64,000 bases of DNA from Polyangiales bacterium (GTDB lineage Bacteria; Myxococcota_A; Polyangia; Polyangiales; Ga0077539), in contig JBGARZ010000008.1 in assembly GCA_044229975.1 (NCBI GenBank), forward strand, positions 320,001 through 384,000. The letters run 5' to 3'. Of the stretch, positions 20,529 through 30,381 are shown one piece after another. The notes beneath the pieces were generated by a model. The model was not told the DNA's origin, did no database searches, and saw nothing but the letters and a program-made list of their open reading frames with translations. A program made the position numbers and the translations under genes. Within the stretch, counting starts at the first letter, position 1. Every line of letters starts with the position of its first letter.

Positions 20529-23324
20529 ATGCCTTCGCGCGCAGGTCTCGTCGCAGTGGGGTTCGTGTTGCTGGCTTCGTCGGGGTGTGCGGACCCTTCG
20601 AGGTTCGACCTGTCCCCTGACGTCGACACCGACGTGGCCGTCGAAGAGGACGACGCGCTGGTCGTCGGTGACGCCTCCGACCTCGACGCGGGCTCGACCC
20701 TCGACGCGCCCGACGTGCGACGCACGGACCGGGGCTTCATCGACGATGCGCCCCGCAAGGACGTGCCGACCGGCGACCGGGGGCCGATGGTGGACGTTCG
20801 CGTGGACGTGCCCACGACCGACCGCGGCTCCACGACCGACGTCGTCGCGGTGGACGTCTCCCCGATGAACTGCAGCCCTACGACCATCACGGGTGGTCCC
20901 CGCGCCGCGACGGGTTCGACCTCGACCCGCGACTCCCGGTACGAGGGCTCGTGCGGGGGGCGCGGCAGCCCCGAGGCGGCGTTTACGTGGACCGCTCCGA
21001 CGGCGGGCACCTACACCTTCGATACGGTGGGCTCGACCTACGACACCGTGCTCTACGTCCGCGACGGCATGTGCGTCGGGGCGGAGCTCGGGTGCAACGA
21101 CGACGGGGCGGGGATCAACCTGCTCTCTCGCGTCACCGCGAGGCTCGCCGAAGGTCAGATGGTCACCATCTTCGTCGACGGCTACGACGGCGACGACGGG
21201 AGCTTCGTGCTCAACATCTCGAACACCACCGACGCCGGGGTCGTGATCGACGTGCCGCCCGTGGTCGATACGGGCACGGACGTTCCGGCCGTCGACATCT
21301 TCCGGCCCGACGGTGGCCTCGCGCGCAACTGCGCCACCGCCGCCGACTGCAACGACGGCATCGCCTGCACCCTGGACGAGTGCCGGGGTGGCGTGTGCGC
21401 GCGCACCCCGAGCAACTCCCGCTGCGCCACCCGGGAGAACTGCGACGCGCTCCGTGGTTGCGTCGCGGCGCCTGCGTGTTCGACGAGCACGACCTGCGGC
21501 GACCTGGCGTGCCTGGTCGACGGGTTCTGTTCGTCGGTCGCGGTGGGCTGCCGCTACTACGCCCGCGACGATGACTTCGACTACTACCCCCCGCTCGCGT
21601 GCGGCGGCGGCGACTGCGACGACACCAACCGCGCGGTGTACCCGGGCGCCACCGAGCTCTGCGACGGCATCGACAACGACTGCGACGGACTGGTGGACGA
21701 GGCGGGCACGACGCCGTTGTGCCCCGGCGGCACCTGCACCGACGGCCGCTGCGTCTGCGCGGCCTCGGGGCTGTCCCTCTGCAGCGGGCGCTGCATCGAC
21801 ACGATGACCGACATCAACAACTGCGGCCGCTGCGGAAACTACTGCCCGTCGTCGTCCGCGTGCGTGGGCGGAACGTGCGTCTGCGGGACGGGGCGCACGG
21901 CGTGCAGCGGGCGCTGCGTCGACCTGCAGACCGACTACAACAACTGCGGCACCTGCGGAAACTACTGCGACATCAGCTCGACCTGCACCGCCGGGACGTG
22001 CCGCTGCTCGTCGGGGCTCTCGTCCTGCAGCGGGCGCTGCGTCGACCTCCAGACGAGCTTCTCCAACTGCGGCGCGTGCGGCACCACCTGCCGCTCCGAT
22101 CAGGTCTGCCGGGCGGGCGCCTGCTCGTGTCCCACCGGCTCGATGACCTGCGGCGGACGCTGCGTGGACACGACGCGCGACACGGCCAACTGCGGCGCGT
22201 GCGGGACGGTCTGCCCGGCCGCGGGCTTCGGGGCGGCGTGCCTGAGCGGGCGCTGCGGCTGCACGTCGGGCGTGCTGTGCGGCGACGGCGCGGCGGCCCG
22301 CTGCGTGGACACGACGCGCGACACCGCCAACTGCGGCGCGTGCGGGACGGCGTGCTCGGGCTCGCGCGAGTGCGTCTCGGGGCGCTGCGTGTGCCCGACC
22401 GGGCTCACCACCGTGTGCGGCACCACCTGCGTCGACACGGCCACCGACCCCGCCCACTGCGGCGCCTGCGGCCGCGCGTGTCCCGCGCCGGCGGGCGCCG
22501 TCGGCACGTGCGCGGCGGGCGTGTGCGGAACGACATGCGCCCCGGGCCGCGCCGACTGCGACGGCAACGCGGCCAACGGCTGCGAGACCGACGCGACCCT
22601 CAACGGAAACTGCGGCGTGTGCGGGCGCACGTGCACGAGCCCCGCGGCGTGCGTGTCGGGCACGTGCTTCACGTGCGGGACGGCGTCGGTTCCGCGGGTG
22701 CTGATCTACGGGCCGGGGGGGACGGTGTCGCAGCCGTTCTTCCCGCCGGAGTCGGTGGTGACCGTGGCGAGCGACGCGATGTGGCGCTCGCTCACGACCG
22801 CGGACTTCGGCGAGTACGACCTCATCTGGGTCGACGGCAACGCGTGCACCGGTGACGCCACGCAGTTCGATACGCTGCGCGACACGCAGGCCGCCTGGGG
22901 GCCCGCGGTGCGCGGGCGCGCGGTGGTCACTCCCTTCGATGCGGACCTGCACGCCTTCTATGGGGGGTCGACCTCGAGCGCGGCGCGGATGATCGCCAAC
23001 ACCGTCCGCTACCTCGCGGCGATGGGGCACAACGGCGCGGGCGGTCGCACGGGGATGTACCTGTCCTTCGGGTGCGTTCTGGAGGACAGCCCCTCGATCG
23101 TGTCGGTCTACGCCACGACCTTCGGCGCGGGGTTGGCCGCCACCGCGAGCTCCAGCACGCCGGTGCTCACGACCGCGGGCACGGCGCATCCGATGTTCGC
23201 CGGCGCCACGTCGCTGTCGGGCTACTACTGCCACGGCACGACCACGGTGCCCGCCGGGTTCACGTCGCTCATGACCTGCGGCTCAGGCCCGGGCTTGATC
23301 GTGCGCCACGTCGACTGCATGTGA
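20529..23324 (+). CDS. Cys-rich lipoprotein: PPC-like domain, putative metal-binding (MopE-like) motif, Cys repeats, unknown C-terminal domain
   Basis: FDTVGSTYDTVLYVRDG..ELGCNDD; DCDDTNRAVYPGATELCDGIDNDCDGLVDE; CVDxxTDxxNCG repeats. Confidence 0.8.
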   Translation: MPSRAGLVAVGFVLLASSGCADPSRFDLSPDVDTDVAVEEDDALVVGDASDLDAGSTLDAPDVRRTDRGFIDDAPRKDVPTGDRGPMVDVRVDVPTTDRGSTTDVVAVDVSPMNCSPTTITGGPRAATGSTSTRDSRYEGSCGGRGSPEAAFTWTAPTAGTYTFDTVGSTYDTVLYVRDGMCVGAELGCNDDGAGINLLSRVTARLAEGQMVTIFVDGYDGDDGSFVLNISNTTDAGVVIDVPPVVDTGTDVPAVDIFRPDGGLARNCATAADCNDGIACTLDECRGGVCARTPSNSRCATRENCDALRGCVAAPACSTSTTCGDLACLVDGFCSSVAVGCRYYARDDDFDYYPPLACGGGDCDDTNRAVYPGATELCDGIDNDCDGLVDEAGTTPLCPGGTCTDGRCVCAASGLSLCSGRCIDTMTDINNCGRCGNYCPSSSACVGGTCVCGTGRTACSGRCVDLQTDYNNCGTCGNYCDISSTCTAGTCRCSSGLSSCSGRCVDLQTSFSNCGACGTTCRSDQVCRAGACSCPTGSMTCGGRCVDTTRDTANCGACGTVCPAAGFGAACLSGRCGCTSGVLCGDGAAARCVDTTRDTANCGACGTACSGSRECVSGRCVCPTGLTTVCGTTCVDTATDPAHCGACGRACPAPAGAVGTCAAGVCGTTCAPGRADCDGNAANGCETDATLNGNCGVCGRTCTSPAACVSGTCFTCGTASVPRVLIYGPGGTVSQPFFPPESVVTVASDAMWRSLTTADFGEYDLIWVDGNACTGDATQFDTLRDTQAAWGPAVRGRAVVTPFDADLHAFYGGSTSSAARMIANTVRYLAAMGHNGAGGRTGMYLSFGCVLEDSPSIVSVYATTFGAGLAATASSSTPVLTTAGTAHPMFAGATSLSGYYCHGTTTVPAGFTSLMTCGSGPGLIVRHVDCM

Positions 23325-23367
23325 CCCGCCCATAGGGCGATCGACCTCCCTCCCTCTCGCGCCCGTT

Positions 23368-26013
23368 GTGAAGCCCACGATCGATGAACTCTACGCGCTC
23401 GCTCTCGGCGAGAACGGCCACGACGCGCGGCAGCAGCTCGAACAGCGGCTGCCCGAGCTCGACGGGCCGCGCCTCGCGGCGCTGGTCACAGCCCAGTGGT
23501 GGGAGGGCTCCTTCGAGCTGTCGCAGGAGCTGAAGGCTCGCGGGAAGGACGCGCCCTTCGACGAGCTCCTCGCGCTCACAGACGGAGCGGATGGTCACTC
23601 CGCGGCGTACGCGCTCTCGCGGCTCGCCGACGCCCCCGTGCGGGTGCGCATTGCGGCCGCAGCCACCGGGCACAGGTGCTCGCTTCGCGCGCTGCGCGGC
23701 TTCTCTCGTCGACTGCTGCGCGACGATGAGACGGCGCGCATCGTGTCAGGCGCGACGGCGCCGGACGGGTCCGTCGACCAGCCCGAGCTCTTCGCTGCGG
23801 CGGCGCGGGTGTTCCCGCTGCGATGGCGGCTACGGCTCGCGGAGGCGGCGCTGCGGCATTTGCTGACACCGCCGGGGACGCCGCGCTCTCGTCGCCCGGG
23901 CCCAATCAAGAGCCGGTCGCCGTGGACGGCGGTCCGGATGCAGCCGGCCGCGCGACTGCTCACCTCGCTCGGCGCGCGAGCTCCCATCAAACGCATGCTC
24001 GACGTCGTGCGCGAAGGACGACCCCGGCACGCGCGGCGGATGGCCGACGCGCTGACGCTCCTCGCCGAACGCGTCCCGGCCGCTCCCCTGCGCGCGCTGC
24101 TCGCCTCGCCGAACGACCGCCTCCGCGCGCTCGCGCTGCGTATCCTGGGCGGACGCCGTCGCGTGTGGAGCGCACTGCACGAGGCGGTCACCGACCCTTC
24201 CCCGCGGGTGCGGCGAGCCGCCGGCGAGAGCCTCTCGCGATCGTCCGATGCGCGCGACGTCGGGCGAGTCCTGTCACTCGTCGGCAGCCGAGACCGACGC
24301 GTGGCCGACGCCGTCGCCAACGCGGCCGTGGGCTATCTGCGACGTGGCGTGGGTGTGTCCGATGGAGCGCTGCGCGCGGCCTTCCGCCGGACGACGTCTG
24401 CCAGGACACGGTCGTTGCTCGCGCAGTGGTTCGTGCAGCGCAGGCTGAGGCCGCGGCGCAGCGAGCTCCTCGCGGCGGTTCGCACGACGAGGGAACCCAA
24501 CGGGGACGTACACACGGAGTGGACGGCGTTGAAGTTCGGGGCGCTCGTCTCCGTGCGCCGCGTCTGGCGCCTGCTCGACGACCCCAACCCCGCGGTGGTC
24601 CGCGCGATCCGTCAGATGTGCGGCTACTGGCTCCGGAACGGCGCGAGCGACGCGCTCACCGCCATGCTGTGCGAGACCGCCGAGGGCGCTGACCTCCGCG
24701 CGGAGAACGCACGCGCGGTGCTCTTCCATTCGCGACGCGGGCCCGAGTCGATCCGGCGCGCACGCGAGGCGGATCTCTCCGCCCTGGCCGACGGTCGGTT
24801 GCGGGCGCAGGCGCTCTCGATCGCGGCCGCGCTACGCGTCCGAGCCCCGACGACGTGGGTCGACGCTGCCCTCGCGGCCGCCGATGCGGAGACGGTCACG
24901 GGCGCGCTGCACCACCTCGCGCGCTTCCCCGACGCGGCGCGGTGCGAGGCGATGGCCCGCGTCGCGACGAACCCACCGCGGGGCCTCTCGATGTGGACGG
25001 CGCAGAGGCGGGCCTTCGAGGCGCTCGTCGCCGTCGGACCGGCGGCGGTCCCCGTGCTGCGGGCGCTCCTCGTTGGAGACCGACGGCCCGGTCGCTCGTC
25101 GGCGCCGCAGACCGACGTGCTGTTCGCGCTGATGGCCCTCGGGTGGGAGCCCGACCGGGACGCGCTCGTCGGCGTGTTGCTGGAGAGGGGCCTTCGCGAA
25201 GACCCTGAATGGCTCGAAGCCGACGCGGCGCTGCTGCAACGAGTGCCGGTGACGGAGGCGCTCGCAGCCCTCGACCGCGCGCTCGCGCTCACCGGCCGGG
25301 ACGCCTACTGGGCGGATGGCGTCGTCGAGGCGGCCTCGGCGCTCCTGCGTGAGACGGAGGACGAGCGCGTGCTCCATGCCCTGCTCGCCCCGCGAAGAAT
25401 CGGAGGCCCATGGCCCGCGAACGTCACCGACGGAGTCGCTCGGCAGGCGCGCTACATCACCGAGGAGCAGATCTTGTCGTGGCTGTCGTCGGAGGGTCAT
25501 CAATCCATGGCCCTGGACGTGTGCGCCCGGCCCGAGGCCGCGCGGACGGAGGCCGTGACACAGCGACTGCTCGACCTGCTCACCGAGGCGCTGAGCGGCA
25601 GCAAGCGCTACCGCGTGGAGGCGATCGCGCACGGCCTGCTGCCCGTCGCCGAACGGGTGCCCAGGTCGACGATCCCCGCGCTGGAGGCGGTGGTGGCGGC
25701 CGATCCCTGGCGCGTCGAGGTGGTCGCGCTGTTGGAAGCGATGGGCGTGCGCATCGCCGACGACGCGGCGCGGTCACGCGACGACCAGAGGGCCCGACGA
25801 GTCGCCCGCGAGGCGAACGCCGCGGCGGCCAGTCCGACGGGCCTCGCGCTGAGGATCGAGACGGCGCACGGGTTGTCCTCCGAAGAGACCGCGGCGATCG
25901 CCGACGAGGTGCGGGCCTTCTTCGACGGCGCCCCGCCGGGCGCGTGGCTCACGCCGATCGCCGACCACCTGCGCGCGGAGGCGCTGTCCGAGATGAGCGG
26001 CTGGCGTCCATAG
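23368..26013 (+). CDS. HEAT-repeat (alpha-solenoid) protein
   Basis: LLASPNDRLRALAL, DPSPRVRRAAGESL and LLDDPNPAVVRA repeats. Confidence 0.65.
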   Translation: MKPTIDELYALALGENGHDARQQLEQRLPELDGPRLAALVTAQWWEGSFELSQELKARGKDAPFDELLALTDGADGHSAAYALSRLADAPVRVRIAAAATGHRCSLRALRGFSRRLLRDDETARIVSGATAPDGSVDQPELFAAAARVFPLRWRLRLAEAALRHLLTPPGTPRSRRPGPIKSRSPWTAVRMQPAARLLTSLGARAPIKRMLDVVREGRPRHARRMADALTLLAERVPAAPLRALLASPNDRLRALALRILGGRRRVWSALHEAVTDPSPRVRRAAGESLSRSSDARDVGRVLSLVGSRDRRVADAVANAAVGYLRRGVGVSDGALRAAFRRTTSARTRSLLAQWFVQRRLRPRRSELLAAVRTTREPNGDVHTEWTALKFGALVSVRRVWRLLDDPNPAVVRAIRQMCGYWLRNGASDALTAMLCETAEGADLRAENARAVLFHSRRGPESIRRAREADLSALADGRLRAQALSIAAALRVRAPTTWVDAALAAADAETVTGALHHLARFPDAARCEAMARVATNPPRGLSMWTAQRRAFEALVAVGPAAVPVLRALLVGDRRPGRSSAPQTDVLFALMALGWEPDRDALVGVLLERGLREDPEWLEADAALLQRVPVTEALAALDRALALTGRDAYWADGVVEAASALLRETEDERVLHALLAPRRIGGPWPANVTDGVARQARYITEEQILSWLSSEGHQSMALDVCARPEAARTEAVTQRLLDLLTEALSGSKRYRVEAIAHGLLPVAERVPRSTIPALEAVVAADPWRVEVVALLEAMGVRIADDAARSRDDQRARRVAREANAAAASPTGLALRIETAHGLSSEETAAIADEVRAFFDGAPPGAWLTPIADHLRAEALSEMSGWRP

Positions 26014-26044
26014 CCGCAGCGGACCCGGGACGCGGCCCCATCGC

Positions 26045-26365
26045 TCAGGTCGAACGTTGTGAGATCACGCCCCGCCGCTCCAGCGTCCGCAGCGCGGCGT
26101 CCGCGTCTCCAAAGCATTCGCTGAGCGCATCCCAGGACGCGGTGGCGAGCAGCCCCACGACCACGAGGCGCTCCGTGGACGGCGGCGACAGGTCCGTCCG
26201 GTCGCGGACGACGACCACGACGCAGGCGACGTCGTGGCGGCGGAGACACTCGCGCAGCACCTGCGCCAGGGCGTCGGCCGGGTCGACGTCTCCCCACGGT
26301 CGGCCAAGCGTGCCGGTGCCGTCGATGCGGTAGCGCGCGGGGGCGCCGGGGGTCACGTCGCGCAT
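26045..26365 (-). CDS. Small hypothetical protein
   Basis: ORF with plausible composition. Confidence 0.35.
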   Translation of the reverse strand: MRDVTPGAPARYRIDGTGTLGRPWGDVDPADALAQVLRECLRRHDVACVVVVVRDRTDLSPPSTERLVVVGLLATASWDALSECFGDADAALRTLERRGVISQRST

Positions 26366-26440
26366 TGGCTCCGCTCGTCCGCGCCGCGCGAAGGTTCGAT
26401 GGTGGTGAGCACGTTGGTCCGGAGCGTCACTCGGTGGAGG

Positions 26441-27283
26441 CTACACCGGACGACGCGCCCCGCATGCAACCAATGCCGTGACGTCCGCGGTCACCGGGGC
26501 CCACGCCGCGGTGTTGCGATCGCTGTATCGCCACGTCGTCCTGGCACCGACGGCCTCGACCGCGACCGCTCCCACGAGCGACAGGAACCACACCAGCATG
26601 AGGCGGCCATGAACCCGAGCCGTCGTGCGGCGGCGGCGAACGAGCAGATACCCCAGTCGCGGCAGCGCCCAGACGACGAACACGAAGAGCGCCGCGGACA
26701 CCAGCACCACGATGAAGTCGTGCGCCTTCGTGTGCAGGGACGACACGGCCGCGACCGGCAGCGCGGAGGCCAGTCCGACGTGCACCCAGGGCACTTGGTG
26801 CCAGGCCGACGGGCGGCGCGAGGCGCGGTGGTCGATGTCCCGGTAGGGCCCTCGCGGCATCATGGGCGCCACCGGAGGCAGCTTCTCGTCGCGGCTCTCT
26901 TCGGCCCGCCGCACAGAACGGGCGAGCGATCTCGGGACGCCAGACGAGACGCCGAGCAAAGCAAGTACAGAGTGCGTTCTGGTCTCGACGCGTTGCCACC
27001 ACGGCCACTCCAGCCACGGCCTTCGAACATATTCAGGCAACCGCAGGTCGATGACTTCGTTGGTGTGAGGATGGACGATCCGACCGCCGAGGTCTGAGAG
27101 GACCTTCTCTGCGTACGCGACCAGAATCGGGTCAAAAGCCATCGTCACGCGCAGCTCTGTACCCTTGACGATGAACTCGTCCACGTCGGGCCTTGAACCC
27201 GTTTGTCGAATCAAAGCGGCGTCAAACTCCGTTCGGGTGAGAGGCTCACCCTGAAAACGAGCACTGATGAGAAACAACCCCAC
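26441..27283 (-). CDS. Hypothetical membrane protein, possibly a chimera of two genes
   Basis: Lower-GC N-terminal half joined to a GPYR + TM half. Confidence 0.4.
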   Translation of the reverse strand: MGLFLISARFQGEPLTRTEFDAALIRQTGSRPDVDEFIVKGTELRVTMAFDPILVAYAEKVLSDLGGRIVHPHTNEVIDLRLPEYVRRPWLEWPWWQRVETRTHSVLALLGVSSGVPRSLARSVRRAEESRDEKLPPVAPMMPRGPYRDIDHRASRRPSAWHQVPWVHVGLASALPVAAVSSLHTKAHDFIVVLVSAALFVFVVWALPRLGYLLVRRRRTTARVHGRLMLVWFLSLVGAVAVEAVGARTTWRYSDRNTAAWAPVTADVTALVACGARRPV

Positions 27284-27440
27284 GGTGAGCCTCCATTGGC
27301 GATCGCCGACGATCGCCTCAACAGCCTACACCATGGTGGGTAGGCGCTGCGGTGAGCCCGCGTGTGCCAGCGATCGACGGCGCGTGCGGGATGATCGCGG
27401 GCACGCTCCCCGGCGTCCACGTCTCACACCGTCTCTGCGA

Positions 27441-27900
27441 TCAGAACGTCCCTGCCAGACCCGCCATGGCCCCACCGGGAGAGACCGCGAGCGTGGGAAA
27501 CCATCGGGCCCCGCTGCGCGCCTCCGACGGGATCTGCTCTCGCGCGAGCAGCGCGATGTCGAGGGACATCGCCGCGACGGTGAGGACGCTCCCACCGATG
27601 ACGATGCCCACCAGGGCTCCGCCGCTCTCCGCGTTCGTGGCCGCCAACGCGGTCAGCGCAGGAACGACGAGGCGGACCCCGAGTGACAGGAAGCCGACGC
27701 CTATGCGGCGATGCGACCAGTGCACGATGGGTCCTCCGAACGCGAGCACCGTCCCCGCCCCGATGCCGATGATCGCCCCGGTATCGACGGTGCTCCGGCG
27801 CGAGAGAAGGCCGAGCGACAGCCCACCGAGCGCGAGGGCCGCGACGTCCGGAATGAGGACCTGCCAGCCGTACCAGCGCGTGGGCGAGACACGCAGGGGA
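27441..27900 (-). pseudogene. Hypothetical membrane/outer-membrane protein fragment (5' boundary approximate)
   Basis: C-terminal ...PTLAVSPGGAMAGLAGTF resembles the C-terminus of the 35292-36326 product; upstream WYGWQVL segment; no clear start. Confidence 0.4.
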
Positions 27901-27928
27901 TGGCGACAGGGCTACACTCGCTGGCGCG

Positions 27929-28745
27929 ATGGACTTCGTCTCCGCCTCCTACACGCGGGCGGTTCTTGAGCTCCTCGACCGCATCGCGCGCTCCCTCCCG
28001 GTGCTGGCCGAGCCTGTCGTCGCCATCGTCGTGGGAGGGACGGCGGTGCACTTCTACTCGCCCCTTCGGGTATCGAGCGATGTCGACGCCATCTTCTCCC
28101 ACCGCCTGCTTTTGCCGCCCGATCTCGTGCTCCGGTGGACCGACGATGACGGCTCGTCTCGGACCCTCGTCTACGACCCCGGGGTTCTTCCGCGACCTGG
28201 CGTTGATCCACCCCGACTACGAGCAGGATGCAGTCGACCTCGACAGCGTGCTCTCGGATCGGCTGAGGGTGCGCGTGCTCTCGCCGGTCGACCTCGCCCT
28301 GAGCAAGCTCGCGCGCTGGGGTGCCCGCGACCAGTCCGATGTCGAAACCCTGGCACGAGCGGGGTTGCTCTCCGCGGATGCCTTGCGTGCGCGGGCCGAC
28401 GAGGCGCTGCGCCAGCTCTGCACGGGGGAGCCGTGGGCGCTCGACCGGCGCACCGAACACCTGCTGACCGTCGTCGCCGACGCCACGGCAACGGACTGGC
28501 GGCCCGCGTTGGGCGGAGTCCCAGCGACGGCGTGGGCGCGAGCGGGCTACCTGCTCACGGTGTTGTGCGACGGGCTCGACCGCGGACGTCGCGGGCGCTG
28601 GTCGTCGTGGCTGGCTGAGTTGCGACGCGGGGTGCCGTGCGAAACCAGGGCGGAGATCGGGGACGACGTCGCGCGAGAGTGGGGGCTCGATGGTGGACTG
28701 GATGTGCTGCGCATCCGTCGGGTGCTTCGCCTGCGATTGGTGTGA
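27929..28745 (+). pseudogene. Frameshifted nucleotidyltransferase (DUF6036-like), apparently fused to an unrelated C-terminal fragment
   Basis: VVGGTAV...SSDVD motif; frame switch at the C4G4 run near 28180 to FFRDL...LSPVDLALSKLARWGARDQSD. Confidence 0.65.
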
Positions 28746-28769
28746 TCCGTCCGGGCGGACGGCGGTCCG

Positions 28770-28918
28770 TCACCCCCGCCCCGCGAGCTCCACCAGCGGC
28801 CGGAGCAGCGCCTCCCCCCTCGCCCGCTCCGTGTCCATGAACACCACCAGGTGATCCTGCGCCCGGCTCGTCGCCACATGCAGCAGGTGCGGCCGCGCCG
28901 CCAATCACCTCAGGTGCC
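28770..28918 (-). repeat. Direct-repeat copy 1: displaced 3' end of the helicase gene
   Basis: 149 bp with 5 mismatches to 30382-30530. Confidence 0.95.
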
Positions 28919-29027
28919 CCACGTCGTGTCGGAAACGTGGCGCACCTTGGCGATGGCGCCGTCAGAACAATGACATTTCCAATACTTACAGCGCACCGTA
29001 GCGTGCTCGATCAGGAGGGTTTCATCG

Positions 29028-29732
29028 ATGCGACAGATCCCGATCGGCAATTCGTTGCTCACGTTTCTGGATGAGTTGGAGTTCACGGAGGCGGCGCTGC
29101 GGGCTGAACCGCTCGCGGCGGAGTTCGCGGCCGTCTTCGAAGAGGAGATCGGCGGTTGGAGTGATGTGTTCCAGCGCGAGCGGACGGCGCGGCGGGAGAT
29201 CACGCGCGCCGATGCGCTCGTCGCCATCCGCAACGGGCAGATCGACGCCACCACGCTGCGCTTCGGCGACCACTGCTTCCTGGAGTCGGGGCGCGATCGG
29301 AAGAGCGCGGCGTTCCGGAAGTTCTTCCCGACGTCGCCGTCGGAGTTCGTGCGCGGGTCACTCCGCAAGCAGGCCGAGCGCACGCGCGACGTGATCGTTC
29401 CGGAGATCGAGAAGCTGCCCGAGGGGTCGCCGCTGCGCGCGTACGCGGCGCCGCTCTCCGAGGGGGCGCGGCTGGCGCTAGCGGCGCTCACGGCGCGCGT
29501 GAAGGCCGAGGGGCAGGCCGCGACGGTGGCCAGCGACGTGCGCGAGTGGAAGGAGGGCGTCAACCGCCTGCGGACGACGACGCACGCCGAGCTGGTGAAG
29601 CTGGCCGTGCAGAACCGACAGCCAAAGTCGTGGGTGGAACTCTTCTTCCGGAGCGCGGCAGTGGCGACGGCGGAGGGCGAGGAGGGGGGCGATCCGGTGG
29701 GGCCGACGCCCGCGCCGGAGCCCACGGGCTGA
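29028..29732 (+). CDS. Hypothetical alpha-helical protein
   Basis: AGGAGG RBS; coherent 234-aa ORF. Confidence 0.75.
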   Translation: MRQIPIGNSLLTFLDELEFTEAALRAEPLAAEFAAVFEEEIGGWSDVFQRERTARREITRADALVAIRNGQIDATTLRFGDHCFLESGRDRKSAAFRKFFPTSPSEFVRGSLRKQAERTRDVIVPEIEKLPEGSPLRAYAAPLSEGARLALAALTARVKAEGQAATVASDVREWKEGVNRLRTTTHAELVKLAVQNRQPKSWVELFFRSAAVATAEGEEGGDPVGPTPAPEPTG

Positions 29733-29802
29733 CAAAGCGCCGTGCGGGGCCCGAGCGACGGTTGGGGAGCCGTCGATCGGGCCCGGTCGGAGGGCGGGCG
29801 CG

Positions 29803-29960
29803 AGGTGGTGACGGGTTGAAAGGGCGGGCGCGAAGGCGGGGGGTGGTTGGCGAGAGCGCGAAATGGGGCGCACGGGCGGCGAGCGGCAGGTGGTGACGGG
29901 TTGAAAGGGCGGGCGCAGAGGCCGAGGGGCAGATGGTGAGCGCGCGAAAGGGGGCGCACA
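29803..29960 (+). repeat. Degenerate tandem repeat, 85-bp period with ~42-bp subunits
   Basis: AGGTGGTGACGGGTTGAAAGGGCGGGCGC at 29803 and 29888. Confidence 0.8.
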
Positions 29961-29993
29961 GGGGCTGCGCGGGGGAATGGGAGGGGGCGAGGG

Positions 29994-30254
29994 GTGTTGG
30001 TTGACCCTCTCCACGCAGGCGAGCACTCTCGCGACGTGGACGACCCGACCGACTCATCAACCAACGAAGGCGCGGCGGAGCCAACCTGGGATCAGCGCAT
30101 CCTCGCGTCGCTCCCGTCGAGCGTCGACCTGGGTCAACTCCGAGAGAACCTCCGACGCACCCCGACGGAGCGCCTCGAACACATGCTGGCGCTGGTCGAG
30201 TTCATCGAGACGCAGGGAGGCCGCGCGCGCGTTCGCCCCCCGTCGCATCGTTGA
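29994..30254 (+). CDS. Small protein resembling partners of nucleotidyltransferase-type TA pairs
   Basis: VDLGQLRENLRRTPTERL motif. Confidence 0.5.
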   Translation: MLVDPLHAGEHSRDVDDPTDSSTNEGAAEPTWDQRILASLPSSVDLGQLRENLRRTPTERLEHMLALVEFIETQGGRARVRPPSHR

Positions 30255-30381
30255 GCAGGGTTGAGGAGCACCACTCAGGTCAGCCCGTCAGAACTCCTGC
30301 GGCGAGATCCATCGGAGGTGCACCAACGCGACCTTCTCGCATCGCCCGGCGCGGCCCCCAAGAGCCTCGCCCGCCCCCAAA

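Noticed and set aside
16400..28000. Integron cassette array
   Set aside because: No recurrent attC-like RYYYAAC...GTTRRRY structures and no integrase found.
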